A DNA stretch of 64,000 nt from a virus: positions 23,157-87,156 of the IMG/VR virus record IMGVR_UViG_3300045988_128026, one strand, 5' to 3'. Below are positions 37,754 to 47,434 of the stretch, piece after piece. The notes beneath the pieces were generated by a model. It was not told where the DNA came from. It did not search any database and worked only from the letters and a program-made list of their open reading frames with translations. Within the stretch, counting starts at the first letter, position 1, and the number at the start of each line of letters is the position of its first letter. The position numbers were made by a program, and so were the translations under genes.

Positions 37754-38143
37754 TTAATCTTCTAAAGAATCAATCATCGCACGTAATTCTGCTTCTGACA
37801 TCTTCTCAATAGCCTCATCCTGTTTCTTGGAAAGAGCATCAATATATTTTCTCTGTGTCAGTTTCTTATTAATACGTTCCTTCTCAGCAAGTCTCTCATT
37901 ACGTTTTGTTATAAAGATATACTTCACAATACCAATCGCAGCTGTTAACTTTGGATCAACATTTGCATCATCCAACAGACTTTCTTCTGAAGATTTAACT
38001 TCCTGATCTTTCAGATTTTTATAAACCACGTCTAAATCTTTATCAGATAAATCCCATAAATCTTCTACGGATAATTCGCCCTTTGTTGATGGGAATCTCA
38101 ATTTACTTCTTGTTGCCATTTCGAATAAATTTTCTGTTGTCAT
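37754..38143 (-). CDS. hypothetical protein
   Basis: ORF track. Confidence 0.3.
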   Translation of the reverse strand: MTTENLFEMATRSKLRFPSTKGELSVEDLWDLSDKDLDVVYKNLKDQEVKSSEESLLDDANVDPKLTAAIGIVKYIFITKRNERLAEKERINKKLTQRKYIDALSKKQDEAIEKMSEAELRAMIDSLED

Positions 38144-38163
38144 AATTCAATCTCCTTTTTATA

Positions 38164-40233
38164 TTAAAATTTAATTTTAAGAACTCTTTCAGTAGCGCCC
38201 TTGACTTTGACGATCACATCATCTCGTTTTGTAGAACTAAAACCAATTCCTGATAACTGGTTTTGATCATCTGCGACATGCATCTTACTTCCTAAAGCCT
38301 CGAATACTCTCTTGTGCTGTACTAATTCCTGTTTCAAGAACTCATTGAAGAATCCATTTGGAGTATCTTCATTTACACATCCGTTTAACATGAACAGATA
38401 ATGTTTGTGTCCAATACCTGTCTGTTCATCCCAATAGTTAGGCGAATAACACATTACTGTTACTGGCACAAACTGATTTGTATTGACACCCCAGATTTCT
38501 CTTGAAGATGTTGTAGATGGAAGTTTCTCTTTGATTGTGAATACTCCATCTTTTAATGTAACTGTAGCCACTGGCACGTTTTGTCCCTGTCGCAAAGGCT
38601 GATCGTATTCAAATTCATAAATCTGACCATCAAATTCAATCTCTGCTGTAAATCCTGATGTACCGTTGCTATGGCAATAATTGTGTACGAAAAATTCATA
38701 ATCTCCATCAACCATCTTGGATTTATCCGCCCATGTAATATTTTCTACAGCAGGTTTCCCCTTTACTGGATTAATCACATCAACATCAAGTCTGCCTCGT
38801 GTTCCAGAATCAAACATATGACTAAAGAAAATATGCTGACAAGGTGTTTTACAATGTGCGTCAAAGTCATCTCTGTTCCAATCTTTTCCTGCGTTCCACT
38901 GGATTGAAAATCTTAAGACACCATCAACTGCTCCGCCTGCGTTCTTAACTCGTTCTTTCATCTCGCTATCTGTCATATTTCCTGAATATGCCCAACTGAA
39001 AGGATTGCTCCACTTCATCATGTTCTTGGCATCTTTGTTTACAGGTGCGATCAGTGAAACCATGTTCTTCTTATGTCGATTTTCAAACAAGACTTCTAAT
39101 TCTTTTGCGGTTGGAAGAACATCTGATACAAATTTCTCTGCACTGATCTCTTCTACTTTAGAGAATTTCTTAGGATTTACAGCGACTTCCTTACTCATCT
39201 CATCAAAAATATCTAAGCCGCCCTGGATACGTGGTGCTGCATCACGATTACAAAACAGAATATTGTTTACCGTAATATCGTCAAGTCTTGCAAATCTACG
39301 CTGCAATGAATCCATATATCCTAAATCGGTTACAGTTTTCTTTGCATCCTCAAGCATTTTCTTCGTAAAAATTGCCTTTGGTCGTTTGTAATTCGCAGGA
39401 GCTACAACATTTTCATAAGCTTTTACTGCATTATCTAAATCCATACCTTCGCTGATATTCACAAGTAATGTACCGATACTATGGTTTCTAATACGACCAA
39501 TTACATCTCCGATCGTCATGGCTTTTGTCCATGTGTATGTATCTTTTTCTTCATCTGACAAACCGTTGTATTCTCGCTGATATTTTCTAAAATCTTTTAA
39601 TACTCTTTCCCATTCCTGTCCTCTATAAAGAGTATTTGAAGCAATCAGTTCTAATACTGTATCAACAGCTTCTTCTGTAATTTCATCAAGTGATCTTTTA
39701 AACACATTCTTTCGATCTCTCACTTTTGCTTTAATTGTAGGAATATCAGATTTCCTTTCCAATAACCTCTCTGGAATCGGTGTATACATATGAGTCCATT
39801 TGATAATCTGCTTATCTTCTGTATACTCATTTGTGGTTTTTGTACCAACTGTATTTGTAAAATGTCTCCAAATATCTTTGATCGGCTTTGATTCGACATA
39901 TGTTCTTAAGGCATCAACTACTGGCTGAAATACTACATCATCTGTGTCGATCTCCCAGATTGTATGAATCTTGCCGTCAACAATTGCCACAGCTCCACCG
40001 ATTGTTTTAATAAAGTTTCGGCAATGACCACAGTCATATTCTCGTCGTTTGCGATACATTTTGTTTGTTCCTTCAGGAAAACTACTCAGATATACTTCCC
40101 ACAGCACATCTTTATCAATATCAGTTTCATACAATGTAGAATTGTTTTTCTCTACATAGTCGAGCATTTTATTTAAACGCTCTGACAATTTGTTTAAAAA
40201 ATTGCTCCAGTTTTCATTCATTGGCGTACACAT
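38164..40233 (-). CDS. large hypothetical protein (689 aa) flanking the NAD island
   Basis: Intact long ORF; CGHC (thioredoxin/PDI-like CxxC) at residues ~68-71 (YDCGHCRNF); no other recognisable motif. Confidence 0.45.
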   Translation of the reverse strand: MCTPMNENWSNFLNKLSERLNKMLDYVEKNNSTLYETDIDKDVLWEVYLSSFPEGTNKMYRKRREYDCGHCRNFIKTIGGAVAIVDGKIHTIWEIDTDDVVFQPVVDALRTYVESKPIKDIWRHFTNTVGTKTTNEYTEDKQIIKWTHMYTPIPERLLERKSDIPTIKAKVRDRKNVFKRSLDEITEEAVDTVLELIASNTLYRGQEWERVLKDFRKYQREYNGLSDEEKDTYTWTKAMTIGDVIGRIRNHSIGTLLVNISEGMDLDNAVKAYENVVAPANYKRPKAIFTKKMLEDAKKTVTDLGYMDSLQRRFARLDDITVNNILFCNRDAAPRIQGGLDIFDEMSKEVAVNPKKFSKVEEISAEKFVSDVLPTAKELEVLFENRHKKNMVSLIAPVNKDAKNMMKWSNPFSWAYSGNMTDSEMKERVKNAGGAVDGVLRFSIQWNAGKDWNRDDFDAHCKTPCQHIFFSHMFDSGTRGRLDVDVINPVKGKPAVENITWADKSKMVDGDYEFFVHNYCHSNGTSGFTAEIEFDGQIYEFEYDQPLRQGQNVPVATVTLKDGVFTIKEKLPSTTSSREIWGVNTNQFVPVTVMCYSPNYWDEQTGIGHKHYLFMLNGCVNEDTPNGFFNEFLKQELVQHKRVFEALGSKMHVADDQNQLSGIGFSSTKRDDVIVKVKGATERVLKIKF

Positions 40234-40254
40234 AATTTATCTCCTTTTCATGTA

Positions 40255-41589
40255 TTATTTAATTGCTACGAAGATTTCATAACTCTTATTGTCATTGATA
40301 TAAATTTCTTTGCCCTTGAGTTCTGGGAAATACTTCTTAGCAAGTTTCTTAAATTCCTTAATCTTTTGACCATTCTCGTCCTCATATGATTCTTTAAGTG
40401 GATCAAACATTAATTCTTCTTTCTTTACGACAAAGAATTTTGCATGAGGCAAACCTTTTCTTTCTTCTTCTCTCTGCTTGTCATTCTCAAGAATTTTTTC
40501 TAATTTGCATAAATTTTCTGTTACTTCAATACAGCTGCTTGGATATTTCACATATTTGTTTGTCCAGAAGTCAACTGCATCATGAGCACCTGCGTTGCCG
40601 CAAAGGTATTTTAATACACAGGTTTTGAAGCCATTTTCTCTGTCATACACATCATTTCCTTCTACATACGCAACAGTTTCCGATCCAGAAGTCCATAAGA
40701 TTTTAACCATTCCATGATAATGTTTTACTTTAAACACTGGTTCGCCATCTTTTTCAATCTGTTTACCGTTATTGTCTAACATTGGTTCTTTTACTGTAAT
40801 TTCTTTATCAACATAAATCGGTTTCTTAATCATTTCTTTTAAATTCTTCGTATACATTTCTTTCTCCTCTTCGTTTTCTGTAAGTTCACTCATGATTTCA
40901 TCCAATTTTTCTGACGAAAACGTTAAAGTCGCACTCGTTTCACCATTCCAAACAATATGTGTTGGTGCATAAGGACTCAACCCATGGTCGTCATGTATCA
41001 TCCTTGATTCCCCTGGGGCTGAAAATCCACCAAACCAATTCTTTTCTGCTTCTGACGTTGCGGTAATTGGTTTTTGCTGATAGTGTGGCAGAGCAGACAC
41101 TCTTCTTTCTGAAAGTGGCGGTATTAATGTTCCAACTTTTATTTTGCCTGCTGGAATCGTACCTGCCTGAATCTTTGGATTTTCATTCATTGTTTCTGTT
41201 ACTTCTTTTCTTGTAACCGTAATTGCAGCTTCTGTTGATCGTATGCTTTGATTCCTATACTGTTCTTTGTTATACCAAGGCGGAACAATGATCAACGCTC
41301 TATCATTTCCATACACATCCATTTCAATTGGCTTAGTATCATGAAATCTAGTAGTCATATAAGGATGTCTTGTTCGATCAATTCTGAGTTGTGGTTTTAT
41401 TGTATAAGTAGCAGTAACTGTCGCAAGATTTTTCAATTCAACAACCACAATTTTAAATTTCGTATATACATCATCATTATCTACTTCGACAATATCTCCT
41501 ACATTAAATGATGAATGGCTGCCACGGTTATATCTAATTCTTTTACCATTCGTACAGCGTACCCAAACGCCCGTTTTATTTTCGTCCAT
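40255..41589 (-). CDS. hypothetical protein (444 aa)
   Basis: ORF track. Confidence 0.4.
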   Translation of the reverse strand: MDENKTGVWVRCTNGKRIRYNRGSHSSFNVGDIVEVDNDDVYTKFKIVVVELKNLATVTATYTIKPQLRIDRTRHPYMTTRFHDTKPIEMDVYGNDRALIIVPPWYNKEQYRNQSIRSTEAAITVTRKEVTETMNENPKIQAGTIPAGKIKVGTLIPPLSERRVSALPHYQQKPITATSEAEKNWFGGFSAPGESRMIHDDHGLSPYAPTHIVWNGETSATLTFSSEKLDEIMSELTENEEEKEMYTKNLKEMIKKPIYVDKEITVKEPMLDNNGKQIEKDGEPVFKVKHYHGMVKILWTSGSETVAYVEGNDVYDRENGFKTCVLKYLCGNAGAHDAVDFWTNKYVKYPSSCIEVTENLCKLEKILENDKQREEERKGLPHAKFFVVKKEELMFDPLKESYEDENGQKIKEFKKLAKKYFPELKGKEIYINDNKSYEIFVAIK

Positions 41590-41603
41590 TCTTTGTCTCC
41601 TCT

Positions 41604-42434
41604 CTAAGCTGATGCACTCTGTGAGGCAAAGTATTGTGCTAATTTCTTTGCCAAGTATAATTGCCCTTTGCCAGTCACATATGTTTTGGTGATCAACTTG
41701 TTTCCATTCTTAGTTTCAACTTCACTTTCTGTTAATTTGAAAATGCCCTGCTTAACATATCTTTCATATGGGGTATTATCTGACATGAGATACCCTTCTT
41801 TTCTTAACCACGCAAATAATTTGTTTCTGCCCATATGAATATCTTGATTTTCTTTCTCAAGAAGCTTTGCCATTGTTTTCATATCAACCATTGTTGGTGT
41901 GGCACTGACCGTATTGGCAAAATCAACAAGTGGCTTCTGTTTACTGATAACTTCTTCTTTCTGGGCTAATAGTTCATCCTTTTGTTCCAAAGTGTTTTGC
42001 ATAATATTCAATGCTTTCGCCATGATAGTTAAATCATCATCGTCTTTTTCAATTGGAATATATCCGCCTGTCTTACGAATCTGCGGAAGAACTTCTGATG
42101 TTACCCAATGCTTGAATTCTTTTGCCTTATCAAGCTTACTTCCAAAGATTAATGCATAAAGTCCTGACTCATTAATAAACACTGGGTATTGAACTCTCCC
42201 TAATTTGTCTGTTATAGATGGGGTAACGTTTCGTTCCCCCATAATTTTATCTTCATCGTCAACATGATCTCGAATTGCTTTCTTCGAATTTGTATAACCA
42301 AGACACTCAGCTACATCTTTCCCTACGAACCACGGGTTATTATTTAAGATTACCGTTCTGATATTCCCAAATTCATCATTATTAAACACCAATGTGTTTA
42401 ATCCTTCATTTACCATATTCTTTTCTTCTGTCAT
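41604..42434 (-). CDS. BRO-N / KilA-C type phage anti-repressor-like protein
   Basis: BRO-N signature ..FGNIRTVILNNNPWFVGKDVAECLGY.NSKKA and SKLDKAKEFKHWVTSEVLPQIRKTGGY; good RBS AGGAGG. Confidence 0.65.
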   Translation of the reverse strand: MTEEKNMVNEGLNTLVFNNDEFGNIRTVILNNNPWFVGKDVAECLGYTNSKKAIRDHVDDEDKIMGERNVTPSITDKLGRVQYPVFINESGLYALIFGSKLDKAKEFKHWVTSEVLPQIRKTGGYIPIEKDDDDLTIMAKALNIMQNTLEQKDELLAQKEEVISKQKPLVDFANTVSATPTMVDMKTMAKLLEKENQDIHMGRNKLFAWLRKEGYLMSDNTPYERYVKQGIFKLTESEVETKNGNKLITKTYVTGKGQLYLAKKLAQYFASQSASA

Positions 42435-42517
42435 TAAATACCTCCTAAGTTATAATTTTACATTTTAATTTTGCACAAATGCCTGTGCGAGTCATCATAT
42501 ATAATAAGGAAGAAACT

Positions 42518-43168
42518 CTACCCGATTATATTCTGGATCAGCTCATAATACTTTGTTCTACCGACATAAGGTTTATGCTCTGCATCTTTTAATTCTTTCT
42601 TCAAAGTACATATGTCTTTCTGATTATCCATGCAATTTTGCATCACTTCTATGTATCGAATACAATTCTTGATCTTTCTGTGTAATTCTTGTAAGGTTTT
42701 AAGATACCCAACAATCACTGCACGTTTCGCAGCATCAATCTTTTTAAACTCAATCGCATGAAGAATATCACTTCTGGCAGAGTCGGCATATGATAACGCC
42801 TGCTCTAATTCAAACTTCTTTTCTCCTAATTGATCTGAGTCATATGCTAAAAGCCCTACTATAGCTCTTTCCTCAGTCTCTATGTTGTCGATCAATGTAT
42901 TATCACATTCCCAGTCCATAAAGCAATTTCCATTACCTTTTCGCATTATTTCGCTAGATTCCATGGGTTTTCCAACTTTACCTAGCTCAATTTCTCGGGC
43001 ATAAAATCCGTCTTTCATCCACGTATATTTATGCTTCAAACCTAAAATGTGCTTTACTTGCTTAGAGGTAAATTGAGTAGCTTCAGACTTACGATTATCA
43101 CGAATGTATTTATTTCTTGCATGATCTCTTTTCACATAGAACTCTCCATTCGTAATTATGTATTTCAT
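42518..43168 (-). CDS. hypothetical protein
   Basis: ORF track. Confidence 0.3.
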   Translation of the reverse strand: MKYIITNGEFYVKRDHARNKYIRDNRKSEATQFTSKQVKHILGLKHKYTWMKDGFYAREIELGKVGKPMESSEIMRKGNGNCFMDWECDNTLIDNIETEERAIVGLLAYDSDQLGEKKFELEQALSYADSARSDILHAIEFKKIDAAKRAVIVGYLKTLQELHRKIKNCIRYIEVMQNCMDNQKDICTLKKELKDAEHKPYVGRTKYYELIQNIIG

Positions 43169-43214
43169 ACATCACTCCTGTATTTAATTGTAGTTTTTTG
43201 GAAAAATTTTCATG

Positions 43215-43243
43215 TTGACGAACATGTTTAGAATTGTTATAAT
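43215..43243 (+). promoter_or_regulatory. near-consensus sigma-70/sigma-A promoter TTGACG-N17-TGtTATAAT on plus strand
   Basis: TTGACG 43215-43220, 17-nt spacer, extended -10 TGT-TATAAT 43235-43243; sits inside a hairpin CATGTT-gacg-AACATG. Confidence 0.5.
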
Positions 43244-43249
43244 GATTTT

Positions 43250-43345
43250 AAGGATAATAATATCCTTATCTCTTAAACAATTCTAAATATCAAATTCGAT
43301 TTTCTATCGTGCTGCCAACACGGTAGATTCAAAAAATCTTTTTTT
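43250..43345 (+). ncRNA. candidate small structured transcript (sRNA/antisense) from the consensus promoter
   Basis: Hairpin 1 TAAGGATA-ataa-TATCCTTA at the predicted +1; hairpin 2 CTATCGTG-ctgccaa-CACGGTAG (one G.U), then A6-TC-T7 run. No credible plus-strand ORF. Confidence 0.3.
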
Positions 43346-43361
43346 GTTATCTATGATTTGT

Positions 43362-43727
43362 TTAGTTGAAATTTTTAGTTTGTGTGAAAGTAGAAGTTTT
43401 ACCAAAGACTTCTGCTTTCTTTTTTATTGTCTGTATTTTTATTCCAACATTGTATCTCTCTTTGTATGTAAATTGCAGGCATTTGATTATGTCAAATATG
43501 TCGTCCTGCCTAATATGAGAGAACAAATTCTCATCTTGAATAAATTCGATCCAATGATATGAAAGATCTTTATCTTTGCCATAGATCTTCATCTTTCTAT
43601 CATCTGCTCGAATCTTATATTCACTCAGAAACCACGATGACATTTCTGATGAGTGTAAATCAAGTACATCAATATGCATTTGATTTGATTGATTCGCTAC
43701 CAATGTTTTTAATATTTGATTGTCCAT
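43362..43727 (-). CDS. hypothetical protein
   Basis: ORF track. Confidence 0.3.
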   Translation of the reverse strand: MDNQILKTLVANQSNQMHIDVLDLHSSEMSSWFLSEYKIRADDRKMKIYGKDKDLSYHWIEFIQDENLFSHIRQDDIFDIIKCLQFTYKERYNVGIKIQTIKKKAEVFGKTSTFTQTKNFN

Positions 43728-43741
43728 ACATATACCTTCCT

Positions 43742-44770
43742 TTATTCTGTCATAATTTGATGTACACGATAATTCTTATAGTCCTCATCTTTATATAAAT
43801 AACCAATAGTTTTACCAATTACAGTTTGACGATCACTAAATTGTTTCTTTTTTAATCTATATGATATATAATAATTATAATAAAATTCAATTGCAATTTC
43901 ACTAAATTGACGTGCGATTATAGATCGTGCGATTCCTTCTTTTGATTTAATATAATATAAATCTGCAATTGCCTTGATATCCATTTTAGATTTTAAATAT
44001 TGTATAAAACCAGAATTAATAACATCAATGGTTGTCAATTTCTCATAAGATAAAGTGTTACCAGTTAATTCTAATTGAGACTGCACATTATTATATATCC
44101 TCTTTTGCTCTGCTTGATATTCTTCTATATTATTACATTTTTTTCGTGGTATTAATACAAAATCATCATATATATTCGTATCTCCCATTTTCAATTTATA
44201 TTCATTCAATGTCTCGATAAAATCTTTGGAGACTGGTTTCCCAAAAATTGTTAAATCATTTTGATTAATATCTGAGAATTTTAGATTTCTTAACTCCTTT
44301 CCATTTATCCCATTATATAAACTCACAATATGAAATCTAGTATTCAATTTGGTATCGGCTGATGCATTGCACGACATCAGATTCGAAATAAACGCATTTA
44401 TTTTATCTGGTGTAACATAATTAACATTAACTCTATTTGAAAAATATATATCAACTGCTAATTGCAAGTTTATAAATTTATCATTAACAAATGGATTATA
44501 TTTAATGTAATTTTGTTCATATGCATAAGTATATAGTTTAACGAGCTGGTCATATCTTTTTTTAATAGAATTCATACTTTTGGTTTTTTTACCTCTAGTA
44601 TCTGATAATATAGCCTCTTGGATTGTACCTGGTGCATATGTTAACCCAGATTCATTGTCGTCCGCAATATCAGAATCTAACAACCAATTCCATGTTGGGC
44701 GACGTGATTCTGATACGTGAGAATCTATATAATTTTGTATCAATTCTTTATTATTCATAATATTCTCCAT
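43742..44770 (-). CDS. hypothetical protein
   Basis: 342 aa; one segment (ELRNLKFSDINQNDL) resembles recombinase box I, but no HxxR/Tyr catalytic motifs are seen. Confidence 0.3.
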   Translation of the reverse strand: MENIMNNKELIQNYIDSHVSESRRPTWNWLLDSDIADDNESGLTYAPGTIQEAILSDTRGKKTKSMNSIKKRYDQLVKLYTYAYEQNYIKYNPFVNDKFINLQLAVDIYFSNRVNVNYVTPDKINAFISNLMSCNASADTKLNTRFHIVSLYNGINGKELRNLKFSDINQNDLTIFGKPVSKDFIETLNEYKLKMGDTNIYDDFVLIPRKKCNNIEEYQAEQKRIYNNVQSQLELTGNTLSYEKLTTIDVINSGFIQYLKSKMDIKAIADLYYIKSKEGIARSIIARQFSEIAIEFYYNYYISYRLKKKQFSDRQTVIGKTIGYLYKDEDYKNYRVHQIMTE

Positions 44771-44772
44771 TT

Positions 44773-45222
44773 CTAGGATGCCATTGCATTCATGTACGAT
44801 AACATGCCGTTTTGTATTAAAATGCCATGTCCTATTTTTAACATTAAAGATAGATCAGATATTCTTCCCCAATATTCTAAAAGATTATTCTTTGGAATTG
44901 TTCTTCCTTGCTCTAAATACACCTGTGATACCATTTTTAATCCATTACTGGTATTTGGATAAATGGTTACATGTGTCGGTATCCAGTTCCTTAATTTTTT
45001 TGTAATTGGATACACGTTAATCTCTGTGCTCGTATTATTACAAATATTATTAGAATATACGATGACTGGTCTTTTCCCATGCAAGATATGACTACCTTCA
45101 ATTTTCGGCAAATCTGCAAAATATATTCCCCAAACTTGAGGATTTTGATATTTGCCATATACATATTCTTTTCTTTTTCTGTTATCGTTTCCTTTTCTTT
45201 CTTTGTTAGTATATCCGTTCAT
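44773..45222 (-). CDS. MazF/PemK-like endoribonuclease-fold protein with N-terminal extension
   Basis: GIYFADLPKIEGSHILHGKRPVIVYSNNICNNTSTEINVYPITKK matches the MazF/PemK core (G-x-[ILV]-x-x-[ILV]-D-[FL]-x...GKRP-x-[ILV]-V-[ILV]-S-N...V-x-P-[ILV]-T). Start set at M21 (RBS GAGGG, downstream of promoter copy 2). Confidence 0.5.
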   Translation of the reverse strand: MNGYTNKERKGNDNRKRKEYVYGKYQNPQVWGIYFADLPKIEGSHILHGKRPVIVYSNNICNNTSTEINVYPITKKLRNWIPTHVTIYPNTSNGLKMVSQVYLEQGRTIPKNNLLEYWGRISDLSLMLKIGHGILIQNGMLSYMNAMAS

Positions 45223-45279
45223 TTTTACGTCCCTCAACTTTCCCCAGTTGCATTTTTTGTTTTCATGAATTAAATATAC

Positions 45280-45328
45280 CATACTTTTTGCACCCTGTCA
45301 ATAGGTGCAAGAAAGAAAGTTAATTTTT
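45280..45328 (-). promoter_or_regulatory. 49-bp promoter element copy 2 (-35 TTGACA, 17-nt spacer, -10 TATATT on minus strand)
   Basis: Identical to 2051-2099; sits immediately upstream of the MazF-like gene. Confidence 0.5.
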
Positions 45329-45382
45329 GTTGTGAACAAAGAATCTCTACATTTCTTATTATAATGCTACCATAGAACAAAA

Positions 45383-45703
45383 TCAAGATATTTTTCGAAC
45401 AGATGTTCTCTTTTTGTTCGAACACTTTACTTTGTGCTTACTTGGAAGGGGGAAATACTGTCTAACTTTATGAGGCTTATCCAGTTTCCATTTCTTTTCT
45501 TCAAAATCATAGTCACAAAAATCAAGCACTTCGTCCACACATCCATCATTATATTTGTAATCCACAATAACAGGATATGTTTTATACCTCATGTAACGTG
45601 ATGCATTATCTGGTTTTAATGGTGGAATCTCTGCTGAAATCCACATAAGATTCTGGTTTGCTTTCTTTTCTTCCTTATTTTGTCTAATCGTATTTATCTT
45701 CAT
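45383..45703 (-). CDS. hypothetical protein
   Basis: ORF track. Confidence 0.3.
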   Translation of the reverse strand: MKINTIRQNKEEKKANQNLMWISAEIPPLKPDNASRYMRYKTYPVIVDYKYNDGCVDEVLDFCDYDFEEKKWKLDKPHKVRQYFPLPSKHKVKCSNKKRTSVRKIS

Positions 45704-45714
45704 ACAAAATTCTC

Positions 45715-46461
45715 CTATAAAATCCTAATAATTTGTTCGTAAATTGCAATCGCATTATCTTCTGGAAAGTTCTGGTTCACATGCATATGCCCAAAGAACC
45801 ATTTTTGATAAATCACTTTGTCTTTTATTTGCTGTAAATAATCCGTTAACTTGTCAGATTTGTACACTCCTGATCCTTGATCCATTTGTCTTAAAACAGA
45901 TGTGTATGGACTATGTGTAATAACGTAATCTACTTGGAAGTCATTTTTCTCTAAATTCATCACACCTTCTGCCATCTCTTTATCAGATGGCAATTCTTCT
46001 TTCCACCAGCTCACATGATTAATCCTAAACATTTTGTCATAATCTCTGTACCATTCATTAATTCTTGGATCGTCTGGCTCTAAAATTCCATCTTGCACAT
46101 CATGGGAACTGGCACCGCCAAATGTAAAGAATTTCTTTCCTTGAATTTCAAACACCTGTCCACGCATAAGATGAAATACAGAGTCTTTGATCTTGTGAAT
46201 CTTTCCGCCGCACCATTTCTCTACAGGATATTGATATAAGCGGTCGTAATTTTCATGATTCCCACATACAAACAATGTAGTAAATGGCTTGTTATCTAAC
46301 CATTCCAGATTATATCGTTCTTCTTTTGTGTCATGCCACAGTCCAAAATCTCCGCAGATAATCACATAATCATCTTTGGTTAACTCAACTCCCTCTGGGA
46401 AAGAACGACTGTTTAATCGAGTCATCCAATCCCCATGTGTATCTCCTGTTACAAATATCAT
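45715..46461 (-). CDS. calcineurin-like metallophosphoesterase
   Basis: MIFVTGDTHGDW, ICGDFGLW, VCGNHENY metallophosphatase motifs. Confidence 0.75.
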   Translation of the reverse strand: MIFVTGDTHGDWMTRLNSRSFPEGVELTKDDYVIICGDFGLWHDTKEERYNLEWLDNKPFTTLFVCGNHENYDRLYQYPVEKWCGGKIHKIKDSVFHLMRGQVFEIQGKKFFTFGGASSHDVQDGILEPDDPRINEWYRDYDKMFRINHVSWWKEELPSDKEMAEGVMNLEKNDFQVDYVITHSPYTSVLRQMDQGSGVYKSDKLTDYLQQIKDKVIYQKWFFGHMHVNQNFPEDNAIAIYEQIIRIL

Positions 46462-47408
46462 ACAATTACTCCTTCCAATAACTCTTCTAATGCCTGCATA
46501 TTATCTTCATGTACTCTATCATCTTGATCTGCATCATCTTTGCCAGTCTTATAAGCAAACTTGATAATCTCCATAACTCTATCATAACTCACATTAACAA
46601 CATTTTCCTTCAATCCGTTAAAAGCCCCACTGATAATTTCCTTGTATGTCTGCGCAATATCATCAAACAATACATGAGTTTCTTCCTCTGTGATTGTTGC
46701 ATACAGAAATGTCATTGCAGGGCTACTATGATTCAATAATCTCATAAGTGTATACAATACGTTCTGATCATCTTTATGATCGACAAGTGTCCAATACACA
46801 AAGTTCTTTCGTAATGTATGCGTACCAATATTGTCCTCAATTCCAACTGCTTTAGCACCTTTTTTAACAAAATCCAAAGCATTTGCTTCAGTCATGTGTC
46901 CTGATCCAGACTTACATGTTCCAAAAACATAATCATCCATTGGCACTTCGCCATCAATCTTGACATCATATTTAGTTCCTGCAACAGCTTCAAAGAAAAT
47001 ATCCACTGCTTCAGTTACCAAATCGTTAAAGTATACAGTTCTGAATTTCTTTGTTTTCTTTTCCTGCTTACGAGTCTTATCGTCTAATAAATCGCCCCAT
47101 TTGAGTCTGACGATATCAGAGATACGATATGCTGTATTGTTTCCAACTGCAACCAAAAGATTGTTTCTGGCAGCTACATATCGTTTGTACTCTGTGTACG
47201 ATTTATCAATCTGGTCTCTAAAATATGCATTAAAGGCTGCAAATTTTTCTTTGTTCTTAATTGGATACACTAAAGATGATACGCCTTTTTGTTTATTAGA
47301 TCGAGTCCATTTAGGATTTCCGTCCTTACGTCTTTTGATCTTTGCTTCAGGTTCTTCTGCGTTATTATTGTTTGCTGTTTTAATAACTTCAAACTGTGTT
47401 GCTGCCAT
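46458..47408 (-). CDS. tyrosine site-specific recombinase / integrase
   Basis: Box I YRISDIVRLKWGDLL, box II GTHTLRKNFVYWTL, LLNHSSPAMTFLYATI with the terminal catalytic Tyr. Confidence 0.7.
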   Translation of the reverse strand: MAATQFEVIKTANNNNAEEPEAKIKRRKDGNPKWTRSNKQKGVSSLVYPIKNKEKFAAFNAYFRDQIDKSYTEYKRYVAARNNLLVAVGNNTAYRISDIVRLKWGDLLDDKTRKQEKKTKKFRTVYFNDLVTEAVDIFFEAVAGTKYDVKIDGEVPMDDYVFGTCKSGSGHMTEANALDFVKKGAKAVGIEDNIGTHTLRKNFVYWTLVDHKDDQNVLYTLMRLLNHSSPAMTFLYATITEEETHVLFDDIAQTYKEIISGAFNGLKENVVNVSYDRVMEIIKFAYKTGKDDADQDDRVHEDNMQALEELLEGVIV

Positions 47409-47434
47409 GATAATCTCTCCTCTCTTAATTATTC

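Noticed and set aside
38164-40233. The 689-aa protein as a T4 Alt-like ADP-ribosyltransferase (similar size, NAD context).
   Set aside because: I could not find an ordered R ... S-T-S ... E-x-E catalytic arrangement; the only ExE-like and STS-like strings are in the wrong order. Left as unknown.
43742-44770. The 342-aa protein as a second integrase (box-I-like ELRNLKFSDIN).
   Set aside because: No HxxR motif or C-terminal catalytic Tyr segment could be identified.
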